Below, one piece after another: positions 28,935 through 39,200 of a DNA stretch of 48,748 nt. The notes below the pieces were generated by a model. The model did no database searches and had not been told where the DNA came from. It saw only the letters and a list, made by a program, of their open reading frames with translations. A program made the translations under genes and the position numbers. The stretch is from Candidatus Bipolaricaulia bacterium. GTDB taxonomy: Bacteria > Bipolaricaulota > Bipolaricaulia > JBHIAT01. Within the stretch, counting starts at the first letter, position 1. The number at the start of each line of letters is the position of its first letter. Location: the NCBI GenBank assembly GCA_046758705.1, contig JBHIAT010000006.1, positions 1-48,748 of the forward strand. Direction: 5' to 3'.

Positions 28935-29129
28935 ATGAAGGAGATTCAAACTGAGGTCGAAATTGACGCTTCTGCCGAGCGGGTGTGGCAACTGCTCACC
29001 GATTTTGCCGCCTTTCCGGAGTGGAATCCGTTCATCCGTCGAGCCAGCGGGAAGGTCAAGACCGGCACACGGCGCGGCTTCGAAGAGATGAACCATGCGC
29101 TCAAAGTACGAGCTGAGCAGGATTCTTAA
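28935..29129 (+). pseudogene. SRPBCC (polyketide cyclase/START-like) protein with large internal deletion
   Basis: The N-terminus (TEVEIDASAERVWQLLTDF..PEWNPFI) is joined directly to the family C-terminus (TRRGFEEMNHALKVRAE); only 64 aa. GGAGG RBS and a TTGCAT-N17-TACTAT promoter (28867-28895) are retained. Confidence 0.75.
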
Positions 29130-30021
29130 AGTATCGGCTTTTCTATTGGTCATTATTGGAATTTCGAACGCATATGCACAGGATGATGACCGAGTACCCC
29201 TGTTAAATGCGATCATACCTGGTGGCACCCACTTTTATGAGGGCGATATCCGGGAAGGCCTCGCTTTCTTAATCCCGGAAGCGTCTTTGTTTGCACTAGG
29301 TGTGTTCATTAACGACCAATTAGAGACGGAGACGAGCCAGGAATGGAGTATACCTTGGCTCGTTGCCGGTCAATTGTATGGGATTGATAAGTGGCGTTAC
29401 TTCCAGAAAAGTCAGTTAAGGCTTCAACAAGGATTTCCAAACTACCAGCTTCCCATTCGATTCGATCCGACTCCGCTCTCAGAGTTGTTGTTCGCGCCGT
29501 TTAATCCCAAAGTGATCTTATCCCCCTTGGTGCTCACGTTTGCGGCACTGGGTATCATCGATGGTATTGTCGCATATCCAAAGAACAATGAAAATTATTC
29601 GGATATTTCGAGCGTTATTGCATTAAGCAACCAAATGGATCGTGAAACCGGCACATACTATTACGAAAGCATGGCACTCGTCGTTAGTTATGGCGCTGCG
29701 GTCTCTGAAGAGATGATGTTTCGCGGTCTATTGCTCCCTGTATTGGATGCTCAACTCGGTAAGAGGAGGGGGCTCATTACCACATCATTGATTTTTGGGC
29801 TGCTTCACCTGTTCAATTCTGATATCGATAAACCTCTGTACTTCGTCAGCCAGGCAACCTTGGCGGGTTTGGTTTTCGGTTACCATGTGCAGCGTAATGA
29901 TTACAGGTTAAGTGAAGCCATTGCTGCCCATTTCTGGTACAACTTTGTCTCCATGACCACCACTTGGCTCACCAATCCCAAGGAAAATCCATTGGGTATC
30001 CAGGTCAGATTTGAATTTTAA
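29095..30021 (+). CDS. CPBP (CAAX protease/Abi) family intramembrane metalloprotease
   Basis: SEEMMFRG, FGLLH and AHFWYN motifs; AT-richer than the backbone. Confidence 0.82.
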   Translation: MRSKYELSRILKVSAFLLVIIGISNAYAQDDDRVPLLNAIIPGGTHFYEGDIREGLAFLIPEASLFALGVFINDQLETETSQEWSIPWLVAGQLYGIDKWRYFQKSQLRLQQGFPNYQLPIRFDPTPLSELLFAPFNPKVILSPLVLTFAALGIIDGIVAYPKNNENYSDISSVIALSNQMDRETGTYYYESMALVVSYGAAVSEEMMFRGLLLPVLDAQLGKRRGLITTSLIFGLLHLFNSDIDKPLYFVSQATLAGLVFGYHVQRNDYRLSEAIAAHFWYNFVSMTTTWLTNPKENPLGIQVRFEF

Positions 30022-30068
30022 TTTGTGTTAATATTGAATTAACGGACGGAAAAGGAGGATCCACACAG

Positions 30069-30410
30069 ATGAACACGTTGGCCGATATGAAATATGTGGC
30101 GTACCGCAAAGGGGAGCCGACGATCACCGACGAGGAGATCGCCGAATATCATGCGCAGCTGCCCGAATGGCAAATCGTGGAGCGCGATAACGTCAAACAA
30201 CTGGAACGCGTTTTCAAATTCGACAATTTCTCACAAGCGTTGCAGTTTACTAACAAAGTCGGTGAGCTTGCCGAGGAGGTCGATCATCATCCCTCGCTGG
30301 TGACCGAATGGGGCAAAGTGACGGTCACGTGGTGGACCCATGAGGCCGGAGGACTGCATCGCAACGACTTCATTATGGCGGCGAGGACGGATCGAGCGTA
30401 TTCGTCGTAA
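30069..30410 (+). CDS. phhB: Pterin-4-alpha-carbinolamine dehydratase
   Basis: F.F.NF, AEEVDHHP, WWTH..GGLHRNDFIMAA; AAGGAGG RBS. Confidence 0.9.
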   Translation: MNTLADMKYVAYRKGEPTITDEEIAEYHAQLPEWQIVERDNVKQLERVFKFDNFSQALQFTNKVGELAEEVDHHPSLVTEWGKVTVTWWTHEAGGLHRNDFIMAARTDRAYSS

Positions 30411-30427
30411 AGATCGGGCGCGGCGAA

Positions 30428-30438
30428 CTTAACACGAC
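30428..30438. repeat. 11-bp direct repeat (copy at 31098-31108) flanking the methyltransferase gene
   Basis: CTTAACACGAC. Confidence 0.7.
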
Positions 30439-30439
30439 C

Positions 30440-31048
30440 TCATTCTTGATTGTGAAGATCTGTTGGCTTCCGAAACACAGCTTCATAGTGCACCGGTGAT
30501 TTCGATAGATGAACGATAGAAAGCTTGTTTTTCTTAGCAAATGAATTTAAAGCGCCAATGGTTGGAAACCCAGCACGATTTTTTGTAACCCTTTTACCTA
30601 TAGACGCGATCCATTTGGGATAAACGAGATCGGAGTAGATAAGATAGCCATTGGGTTTCAAAACTCTGATCATTTCAGCCAAAGCATCCTCCCAGTTCGG
30701 AATATGATGCGTGACTTTATTGGTTGATACGATGTCAAATTCATTGCCTTGAAACGGCAGTTGGGTTGCGTCATGCATTAAGAAACGGGCATTATCTATA
30801 TCTTTGCTGTTTTCCTGGGCAATTCGAATCTGTTCCGGATCAACGTCGATGCCTATGACGTTCAAGTCATGCTTTCTAGCAATGTATATGGGTGCTGCTC
30901 CATTACCCGTACCGACATCGAGGTAACTTTGTCCTGGTTTCGCATTGACAAGTCCGAGCAATCTCTCAGCCCGACGACCGACCTGTTTGCTATGGCCTGG
31001 GCTGTTCACAAACCATTTTTCGATCTTTCCCATTTTCATTTCTGTCAT
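30440..31048 (-). CDS. Class I SAM-dependent methyltransferase (Methyltransf_11/UbiE-like)
   Basis: YLDVGTGNG, GIDVD, DATQLPF and EMIRVLKPNG; low GC. Confidence 0.85.
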   Translation of the reverse strand: MTEMKMGKIEKWFVNSPGHSKQVGRRAERLLGLVNAKPGQSYLDVGTGNGAAPIYIARKHDLNVIGIDVDPEQIRIAQENSKDIDNARFLMHDATQLPFQGNEFDIVSTNKVTHHIPNWEDALAEMIRVLKPNGYLIYSDLVYPKWIASIGKRVTKNRAGFPTIGALNSFAKKNKLSIVHLSKSPVHYEAVFRKPTDLHNQE

Positions 31049-31085
31049 CTCCTTTGTTGGAGTTACAGAAAGTATATCCCGTGAA

Positions 31086-31330
31086 TGTTAAGAAATTCTT
31101 AACACGACTGTTAAGCGTGGAGGGCGCTTGGGTTGGTGGATTGGAGTGATGGGCAGGATCAATGACTCGCTCGACTTTCCCCCTTCGCTGTGAGTTGCGG
31201 TCTTCGCTAGCGCTCGACCTTCACTCACAGCTACCCGTTTCATCACTCCCTGCGGGAGTTCTGTCCAAAAGCTCAAAGAGCAGCGAAGCTTTGTAGGGAG
31301 TGAAGCGAAGCGCAACTCCCGGCTAGTCGG
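31086..31330. other. Highly structured non-coding element (MITE-like or ncRNA)
   Basis: Palindrome TGTTAAGAA-A-TTCTTAACA; stem GGAGTGATG(31143)/CATCACTCC(31241) enclosing GCTGTGAGT(31187)/ACTCACAGC(31223); hairpins AAAGCT..AGCTTT and GGGAGT-GAAGCGAAGCGCA-ACTCCC. Confidence 0.6.
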
Positions 31331-34300
31331 TTAGTGGGCCGTAAGAGTGATCTCCCGGCGCACATACCGGTCGGGAGTCCCATCGAACCCGATCACCATC
31401 CTGTATCGGCTGTCATCCATTCTCTCAACCGATAGATTTTCCATCGGGCTGATCTCACGTTTCGAAAGGACCTCCAGAGTGTGCTCCATGCCGCCCGGCG
31501 CTTCGACCTGAAGTTTTCCAATGCCGGGCTCTGGATACTCCAAGTCCAGTATCCTCAGGCCCCGAGATCGATCGCCTGGTTTAGGATCGGGAACCGGCGG
31601 CACCACCTGAGGCTCTAGATCATAGGTGACTTGGACGGTCGCTTCGTTGTGCAGCTCGAACACCACGGCCACGTGGCGATCGCTCAGCGTCTCGATCAAT
31701 TCGTAATCGACTTCAGTGTCGTCGATCCGAACCGATTCCACATTCCGTAGGCCGAGCCATCCGGGGGAAAACATGACCTGGACAGGTTTTTCATTAGACT
31801 TTCGGAAGCTGAAGCGACACATTTCCAGGGAGGCGTCGATGGTTAGATCGATCCGTTCCTCGCCGAACGGAAAGTTCCGGACCCGGACGTCCTCCCATCC
31901 GGCCGGCAGGTGAGGGCTCAGTTCCAGCCGGTGGTTGGGAACATCGGGCCGGAAGCCGAGCAGCCCCTCGATCGCCGGCTGCAACGCCATCGTCTCCGAC
32001 CACGCCTGATGAGGACAGACTCCGGCCGGCTCGTAACGCACCCCGTGTAGCACCTCGTGTCTATGGCCCTTCGTCCAGTGGCGGTAAAGCAGCAGGTTGT
32101 TCATCAGGTGGACGTACCCCTGAAGCGGCCGGTGATAGCGATATTCAGCCAATGAGGCCCAGCCGGTGAACAACGGCCAGACGCTTCCTTCATGGTAGCT
32201 GCCGCCGTCGAAGATCTCGCTCGACTCGGCGACGATCCGAGCCCCCCAGTCAGCGGTAAACTCGTGGGAGGCGATCGGGATCAGTGTCTTGACCGATTTC
32301 TCCTCGTCCAGGAGCCCGAACACCATCGGAACCGACGGCATGATCGACGGTTCCGGGTTGAAGTTCCCGTCCCGGTTCTTAGCGAAGTGGAAGAACTCCC
32401 GCTTGGGATTCCAGAACTCCCGGTTCAGGATCTCCCGGACCCGCTCATGGTCACGGCTGTATCTTTTGGCAAGCGATGCTTCTCCGACGACCTCTGCCAA
32501 TCGTGCCGCGCACCGCAGCGCCTCGGCCCATATTCCCGTCAGGTAGATGGAGGTATGCGGTGGAGCCAGGGCACCGGCCTCGACCCAGCCGTGTCCTCCA
32601 CCGGTGTTATCCATCAGCCCATCGCCGTCCCGATCGGTCGTATACGCAAAATCGATCGCCCGCTGGATCGCATCCCAATGCTCTCGGATGAACGCATCAT
32701 CCCCCGAACTCCGCAGATAATGCTCCATCAAAATCACAAACAACGGGCTGCTGTCGGCCGAGTCGTAGTAGGTCACTCCGCTGGTGGATGCCTCGTGGGG
32801 GATTTTCCCCGAGAGATCCTGGAGGTCCATCAACAGACGAAGGTTGTCGCGGACCTGCTCGAACTCCCCGTAACCGTCGACCGCGAACGAGCACCACTCG
32901 GAGTCCCGGCCGAAGTACCAGGCGTACCCCGGTCGCCCCGACATAAACTCGTTCTTCCCGGTCAACCGATATCCGGCCATGAAGCCGGAGCCGATCCCCG
33001 GCGTCGTCGCGAAGAATTTTTCAGTGGCGACCTTGGCCCAGGCGAACCCTTGGTTGAACGTCTCGTCTGGGGTCTCGATCGACAGCTGCTCGGTGCTCAA
33101 CCGTTTGTAGTGGGAAACGATCTCTTGATAAAACCGATCCGGATCTTCCATCAGTGCCTGATACGTTTCTTGAGCCTCGTCAACCCCTGTGCTACTCCCG
33201 GCCACCACAATCACAGCCGGTGTCTCCGGCGTCAGGCTCACCCGAAACGAGAATCTGTTATCCTGTCGAGAGAATTTCGCCTGACTCGGTGGCAGATTGC
33301 TTCCGACGATCGCCGCAAACTCGTCGCGCTTGTCCTGAACGAGAAACGCGTGCGCCTCTTCGTTCCAGGCATAGCCCAGATCACCCAGTGCGTTCTCCGG
33401 ATAGGGCCACATCAATCGCAGATCGGATCGGAACGAGCAGTCCACCTCGACCGGCTTTGCGCCGTTTGTGTTCCCATCAAGCTCCAGAACGAGACAGGCA
33501 CCGGGCCGGTCCAAGGCGGTGAAGCACAGCTGACGCACCCGTACGTCGTCAAGCTCGTGATCGATCACGGCCGCCTCCGGCCGAATCTCGAAATGCCTCG
33601 TGCTCTTCTCGACCGGGTAGGACCGATTCTCATGGTGGAAAGCGATCTGAAAATCCTTGACCAACCGGATCGGATAGCTCCACACCTCTTCGATCCGACC
33701 GGTCTCCCGGCCCATCAACAGACAGCGCCTGCCGGCGACGTCGAAGAAGTTTTCAGAGCTTTCCCCATCGAGAGTCAGGTCGCTCTTTTGACTCCCGGTG
33801 AATGCTCCGAACTTGACCGGCAACGGTTGTGCATCGACTTGTTGATACGCCGTTTTGTTGAGCGCTTTCCGCCAGTGGCGATCTCCGGGATCAAATCTGC
33901 CGGCGAGGTAGGCGAGCAGATTTTCGCTGAACCGGAGCAGGTTGGGGCGATAGAGATTCTCCTGGTCGGTGAAGTAGAGGAACGCCGAGACGGCCAGAAC
34001 GCTTCCCGATCCGAGCCTGTACTCGACGATCTCCGGGTAACCGGTATCGATCGCGATAAATCGCCTGCGCACGGCGACGATCTCGCCTTCGGTCGGTCGC
34101 TGCTCCTTAAACCCGGCCCGCCAGTACGGACTCCCAGGTTCAGCGTCCCAGGTGAAGGCGCCGCTGCCCAGACCGGTGAAGATCGGATGACGCAGGAACG
34201 CCTGGAATCCGGCCTTATTGAGAAAATCCCACTTCCAATCTGAAAACGGATGCGCTTCCCACTCGCCGTCGGCGACCGACTCATCGAGCGGCGTCGACTC

Positions 34301-34582
34301 CAGGCCGAGGTCGTTCAGATAAGAACAGGCGAGCAGCGAGACCAGCAGCCCGCCGCCCGCCTCCACATACGCTGTCAGCTTCTCCCGGATCTGCGATCCC
34401 TTCATCTGTTCCGGGATCGGCTCGATCGTGTGGCACCACAGCACGTCAAACCGGGAAAGCTGCTCTTCGGCCAGGATTTCCAGTGGAACCGGCTCGATCG
34501 ACTCAAACGCCTCCAGGAGCGCGCTCACCTCATCATCCCAACTGTCGATGATCAAACCGACCTTCAGTTCTTCTATATTCAT
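31331..34582 (-). CDS. Large glycoside hydrolase with amylo-alpha-1,6-glucosidase (GDE)-like (alpha/alpha)6 domain and N-terminal extra domain
   Basis: PGYAWYFGRDS, GKIPHE, YDSADSSPLF, DRDGDG, SYHEGSVWP and CPHQAWS motifs. Confidence 0.8.
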   Translation of the reverse strand: MNIEELKVGLIIDSWDDEVSALLEAFESIEPVPLEILAEEQLSRFDVLWCHTIEPIPEQMKGSQIREKLTAYVEAGGGLLVSLLACSYLNDLGLESTPLDESVADGEWEAHPFSDWKWDFLNKAGFQAFLRHPIFTGLGSGAFTWDAEPGSPYWRAGFKEQRPTEGEIVAVRRRFIAIDTGYPEIVEYRLGSGSVLAVSAFLYFTDQENLYRPNLLRFSENLLAYLAGRFDPGDRHWRKALNKTAYQQVDAQPLPVKFGAFTGSQKSDLTLDGESSENFFDVAGRRCLLMGRETGRIEEVWSYPIRLVKDFQIAFHHENRSYPVEKSTRHFEIRPEAAVIDHELDDVRVRQLCFTALDRPGACLVLELDGNTNGAKPVEVDCSFRSDLRLMWPYPENALGDLGYAWNEEAHAFLVQDKRDEFAAIVGSNLPPSQAKFSRQDNRFSFRVSLTPETPAVIVVAGSSTGVDEAQETYQALMEDPDRFYQEIVSHYKRLSTEQLSIETPDETFNQGFAWAKVATEKFFATTPGIGSGFMAGYRLTGKNEFMSGRPGYAWYFGRDSEWCSFAVDGYGEFEQVRDNLRLLMDLQDLSGKIPHEASTSGVTYYDSADSSPLFVILMEHYLRSSGDDAFIREHWDAIQRAIDFAYTTDRDGDGLMDNTGGGHGWVEAGALAPPHTSIYLTGIWAEALRCAARLAEVVGEASLAKRYSRDHERVREILNREFWNPKREFFHFAKNRDGNFNPEPSIMPSVPMVFGLLDEEKSVKTLIPIASHEFTADWGARIVAESSEIFDGGSYHEGSVWPLFTGWASLAEYRYHRPLQGYVHLMNNLLLYRHWTKGHRHEVLHGVRYEPAGVCPHQAWSETMALQPAIEGLLGFRPDVPNHRLELSPHLPAGWEDVRVRNFPFGEERIDLTIDASLEMCRFSFRKSNEKPVQVMFSPGWLGLRNVESVRIDDTEVDYELIETLSDRHVAVVFELHNEATVQVTYDLEPQVVPPVPDPKPGDRSRGLRILDLEYPEPGIGKLQVEAPGGMEHTLEVLSKREISPMENLSVERMDDSRYRMVIGFDGTPDRYVRREITLTAH

Positions 34583-34762
34583 TGCTCCTCCAAGCTCAAA
34601 CGATCCGCTCTTATCTCACTCGATTTTGACTTTTTTGCTCTGCATACTTTAACTAAAATAGAGGTTCGTAGGCAACCGTGTAACTCCTTTCAGTGACGAA
34701 CCTAAGTGGGTCAACTTTGAAGAAGCGTTACAAGAGATGCAGGGACAGGAGTTGGTAACACG

Positions 34763-36134
34763 ATGAACGAGGGTCACAGAGAGTGGCTTGAGCGCCTCTT
34801 GGCGGAAGGTGAATCGGAGGTTGTGGAGTTCAAGGAAACCCTGGATGGGGAAGCATTGGAGAGCATCGCTGCCTTTGCCAACGCCCAAGGCGGAACGTTG
34901 CTCATCGGTGTTGCCGACGGATAGCACCGTCAAAGGGATAATGCTCGGCAAGGAGACAGTGCGTGATTGGGCCAACCGAATCGCTCAGGCAACCCATGTC
35001 CATCCGCAAATCACCCAGCTGACCTACCAAGGCAAGACCGTTGTCGCCGTCCAGGTGCCGGAAAGCGCGGTGAAACCGGTCCCTTGCCGAGGGCGCTACT
35101 TCAAGCGCGTTGGCAAGAGCAACCGACAGATGAGTGCGGATGACCTGACGCGGGCGGTGTTGGACAAAGTCGGCATGAGCTGGGATGAGATCGTTGAGCC
35201 GAGAGCAACGCTCAACGACCTGGATTCAAAGCAACTGCGGCGCTTCCGCATCTTGTGCAACCAGGAAGGACGTCGCCCGATCCCGCCCGATGAGGACGAC
35301 GCTACGGTGTTGGAGAAGCTGGATCTGTTGCGTGAAGGACAACTGCTCCGAGCAGCCGTATTGCTCTTCGGCAAACAGCCGCAGCGGTTCTATCCGTCAG
35401 CGCTGGTCAAAATCGGGCGTTTCCGTTCAGAAACCCTCATCGTGGACGACCGCGAGGTCTATGGCACCCTCTTTGACCAGGTGGACGGTACGATGGGCTA
35501 CTTCCGCGAACACCTTGAGACCCGGTTTGAATTTCGCGGGGAACCAGCCCGAGAGGTCATCTGGGAGTATCCCTTGGAAGCTCTGCGGGAGGCCATCACC
35601 AACGCCGTCTGCCATCGAGATTATCTGGACACCACGCATATTCAGGTGCGGTGGTATGACGACCACATCGTGCTCTTTAACTCGGGAGGATTGCCTGCCC
35701 CGTTGCGCTTGGAAGACCTCAAGCAACCGCACCCATCGGTGCCGCGCAATCGGAAGATTGCCGAGATGTTCTTCTATGCGGGCTTGATCGAGCAATGGGG
35801 CAGCGGCATCCAGAAGATGCTCGACGAATGCGCAAAAGCGGGGTTACCGGAGCCTGAATTTGAAGAGAGAACCGGCGGCTTGTGGCTGACTTTCCGAAAG
35901 GACGTCCTGACTGAAGCGTACCTGCGCTCGCTGGGGCTGAACGAACGGCAAATCAGAGCAGTGCTGTATGTCAAGGAAAAAGGGAGTATCACGAACCGTG
36001 AGTATCGGAAACTGACCGGGCTTTCCGACGAGGGAGCGCGACGAGACCTGAACGAACTGGTAACCAAAGGCTTACTCCATAGCGAAGGAAAAGGCCGCAG
36101 TACGCGATATGTTCAACCTAAAGTTGGCAATTAA
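34763..36134 (+). pseudogene. Schlafen/AlbA_2 + HATPase_c_4 + HTH ('RecG-like') protein, frameshifted near 34920
   Basis: ATG 34763 frame reads GESEVVEFKE...AFANAQGGTLLIGVADG*. The remainder (ALREAITNAVCHRDY, PRNRKIA, IEQWGSGI, HTH) continues in the +1 frame. Confidence 0.85.
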
Positions 36135-36200
36135 TTGGCGATTAGTTGGCGATTGTGGTGTTTTGGAGACAGATGAGCGTGCCCAATAATCGTATCGTTT

Positions 36201-39200
36201 TCACTCTACACGCCCTTCCACAATGGCAATCTCGTCCTCCGTCAGTCCATACAACCGGTAGACGATCAGGTCAATCAGCCGGTCCGTGCGCTCGATGCGT
36301 GCTAACAGCGGGCGCAGGATGTCCATGCTGGCCTCGTACTCTTTAGCCACCAGTTCCTGGGCTTGGCGACCGCGTGTGTCCAGCTTGGGAATTTTTCTGG
36401 TGTTGCGACTCAACCGATCCAGCAACTCATCCAGACCGCCTTCTATATCGTAGTATTCCTCAATGATGGTGTGGCCAGATAGATTTTCCAGTTCCGTGCC
36501 CATCTCCCGCTCTAGCCAATGCAGAAAACCTTTGATCTCCTCTTGCTTTTGTTTGTGCATCTCGATCATTTGCTCCGCCAGCCAGGCCAGCAAATCGTGG
36601 ACGACGTCGGCACGCTCTGGTTCCTGGCTGAGTTGGTATTCGACGAAGCCGGTAACGCAATCTGGGTCACCCTTATCCATGCAGATGCCGTAGAGGTGCT
36701 GGCTTTTTTTGAGGAGCCGTTCGCGTTCGTCGACAGGAGTGGTGAAGTCTATGCGGCGGACGGGAAGATTTCGGGTTTCGTCGAGTACGATTTTGGGAAA
36801 ATCGTCTCTGATCGCTATAGCGGAGCTTCGGATATGATAATGTGACAGGACGTTCGAGTTCAAGATTGCTAGTAAATAGCCTAGTGAATAATCACAATTT
36901 TGAAGAAGAATGCTCTGATGGGATTTATTTGTCACAAAATCTTCGTTGACTACCACAGCTTGAAGTTGAAACTGTCTGCTAATCAGCTCGCGGAGGATAA
37001 TACGAGGTCCTCGAAAATACCTTGGCGGTTTATACTCGGCTATAGATTTGTCGTATTTTACAAATTTCTTGCCAGAGAACTTATAGTAGTATCGGCGCAG
37101 CTCACCATCTAAGCCCAACTCGTACGTTTCCTCAATTTTCCGGTCTTTCAGATGGAACGGAGTAATACCTCGTTGAATATCTGCTATCTTGCCCATTGAT
37201 GTTGAGCAGCCAGCTACTTTCTGAGCAATACTCAGTTCCACCTTGCTAAGAAAAGACAGAAAGGCATATTCATCGTTCGGATCAAGTTCGTCTGAGAACC
37301 ATGCCGCACAATCAAGTGTATTCGATCTTGGATCATTGTTATCGATCTGATTCAATTTTTCACGACGCTTAAATGTTAGGACTTTCACAGTGTCAGTGAT
37401 AATCTCGGAAGCATCTTCGATAGCTATTCTTTTTTCGCCTACGACAATCGTAGAATCAACATAGGCATCAGGAAATACATCGTATGGCAGATTCACTATT
37501 CTACTTAAGGCGGAAGTTTTCAAGATCAGCTTTCGGAAAGGTGTGTAGGACTTTCCTGTCTGCCAGCCACTAGGTACAATGTAGCCTAGCCGACCTCGCG
37601 TCCTGAGAACGGCTATGCTTTGCTCGGTGAACATTGCAAAGCTATCTAAGGTTGCTCTTGATGAGTCAAATGATTGCCATAGGTAGCTTTGTTCAGGTTT
37701 TGATAGACTGGCACCCCAAGGCGGATTTCCCATCACCGTATCAAACCCTGGATTCTCTTTCCAGGTTGCTCGCTCCAGGTCGATAAACACTTCGGGGAAT
37801 TCCAGTTCCCAATGGAAAAACCGTCTATCGCGCCACAGGGCACGAACTTTGTCTACTGTCTTTTGATACTCCGGTGCCAAGTCTATGTCCTCATCCACCA
37901 CTGCCTTTAGAGCATCTTGGCCGTAGAAGCGTAGAAACTCCTCGGCTCGCTTATTGCCGAAGTGCCGGCTTACCCACAGATCCAGCACTCGCTTGTAAGG
38001 CAGCATGGCCTCCTCGAAGGCATCATACTTCTCGGCGCTCTGCTCCACTTCTTCAAAAGTGGCATCGGTCAGGCCGGCTACGTCACGCATCAACGACGTC
38101 GCCGTCAACATGCCGGCAAACGGGCCGCCGAACATGTGAATCTGACCTGTGCCTTCGGCTTCCAACGCTTGACGCACCTCCTCTACCTTTACCCCAATCA
38201 ACGAGTTGCCGACCTTCAGGTGGTGATCCAGGAAACTCAGCGGCGCACCCATGGTGAAGGAGTCCAGCCACAGGCTCAGCTTGGCCAGCTCCGTCGCCAT
38301 GGGATTTAGGTCCACTCCGTAGATGCAGCGCTTCATCACCATCCGCTTCAGTAGGTTAGTGTCCTTTAGCTGCTCCGGGTTCACTCGAATCTCTTGTTGT
38401 ATCAGCGTTTTCACGATCCGCTCACGAATGTCGGCGATTCGGCTCAGCACCGGGTTTTCGGGAAACTCGTTGAGCACCGTGATCAGATGCTCGGCCAGCC
38501 AGTCGGTGACGTAGACGAGGAAATGGCCACTCCCCATGGCCGGGTCACACACTCGGATGCTCAGCAGCACATCGAAGGCGTCTTTCTCCAGTGGTTGAAG
38601 CTCCCAGTGCAAGCCCTGTGCTTCGTTCTGCCAGCGACTCACCCAGGCATCTGCCTGATCGCGATCATCGGCCAGATTGGCCTCGATTTCACGCAGCCGC
38701 TCCCGGCGCGGCTCGATCTCGGCCATCAGCTCGCGGAAGCGATCGGCCCGCTCCTCCAGCACCGGTCTCAGCGTGTTCTCCACAATGTACTGCACGATGT
38801 AGTGCGGCGTGTAGTACGAACCGGTTGCCTTGCGCTGGCCTTTATCGTTCTCCAGATACAGCTTGCCCTTCTGGATTACCTTCAGCGGTTTTTCCACTTC
38901 CTCGACAGGTTTGTAGATCTCGACACCTTTGGATTTCGTCACCGCCAGATCCTGGTCGGCAATTCGCAGGTGAAACTCGAGCAGCCCCTCGTAGATGGAA
39001 CCCAGCTGCTCTACGTTCAGCGTCTTGTAGTCGATGAAGCGATGCTGACCGGTCTCAAGATCACGTTCCCGGGTGAGCAAGTCTAGGGCCGGCGCCAGAT
39101 AGGCATCGGCCATGCGGTGGTCGTTCAGGAAAGCGTTGTTGGGGTTGTCCTGCCGGAACAGGCCGCCGTTGTACCGTGGCACGTTCAGCGCTGAATCGCC

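Noticed and set aside
32192..34243. 683-aa plus-strand ORF
   Set aside because: Antisense to the glycosidase; no recognisable domain.
34788..34920. ORF-track start of the 448-aa protein
   Set aside because: These residues are out-of-frame filler; the real AlbA_2 N-terminus is in the frame starting at 34763.
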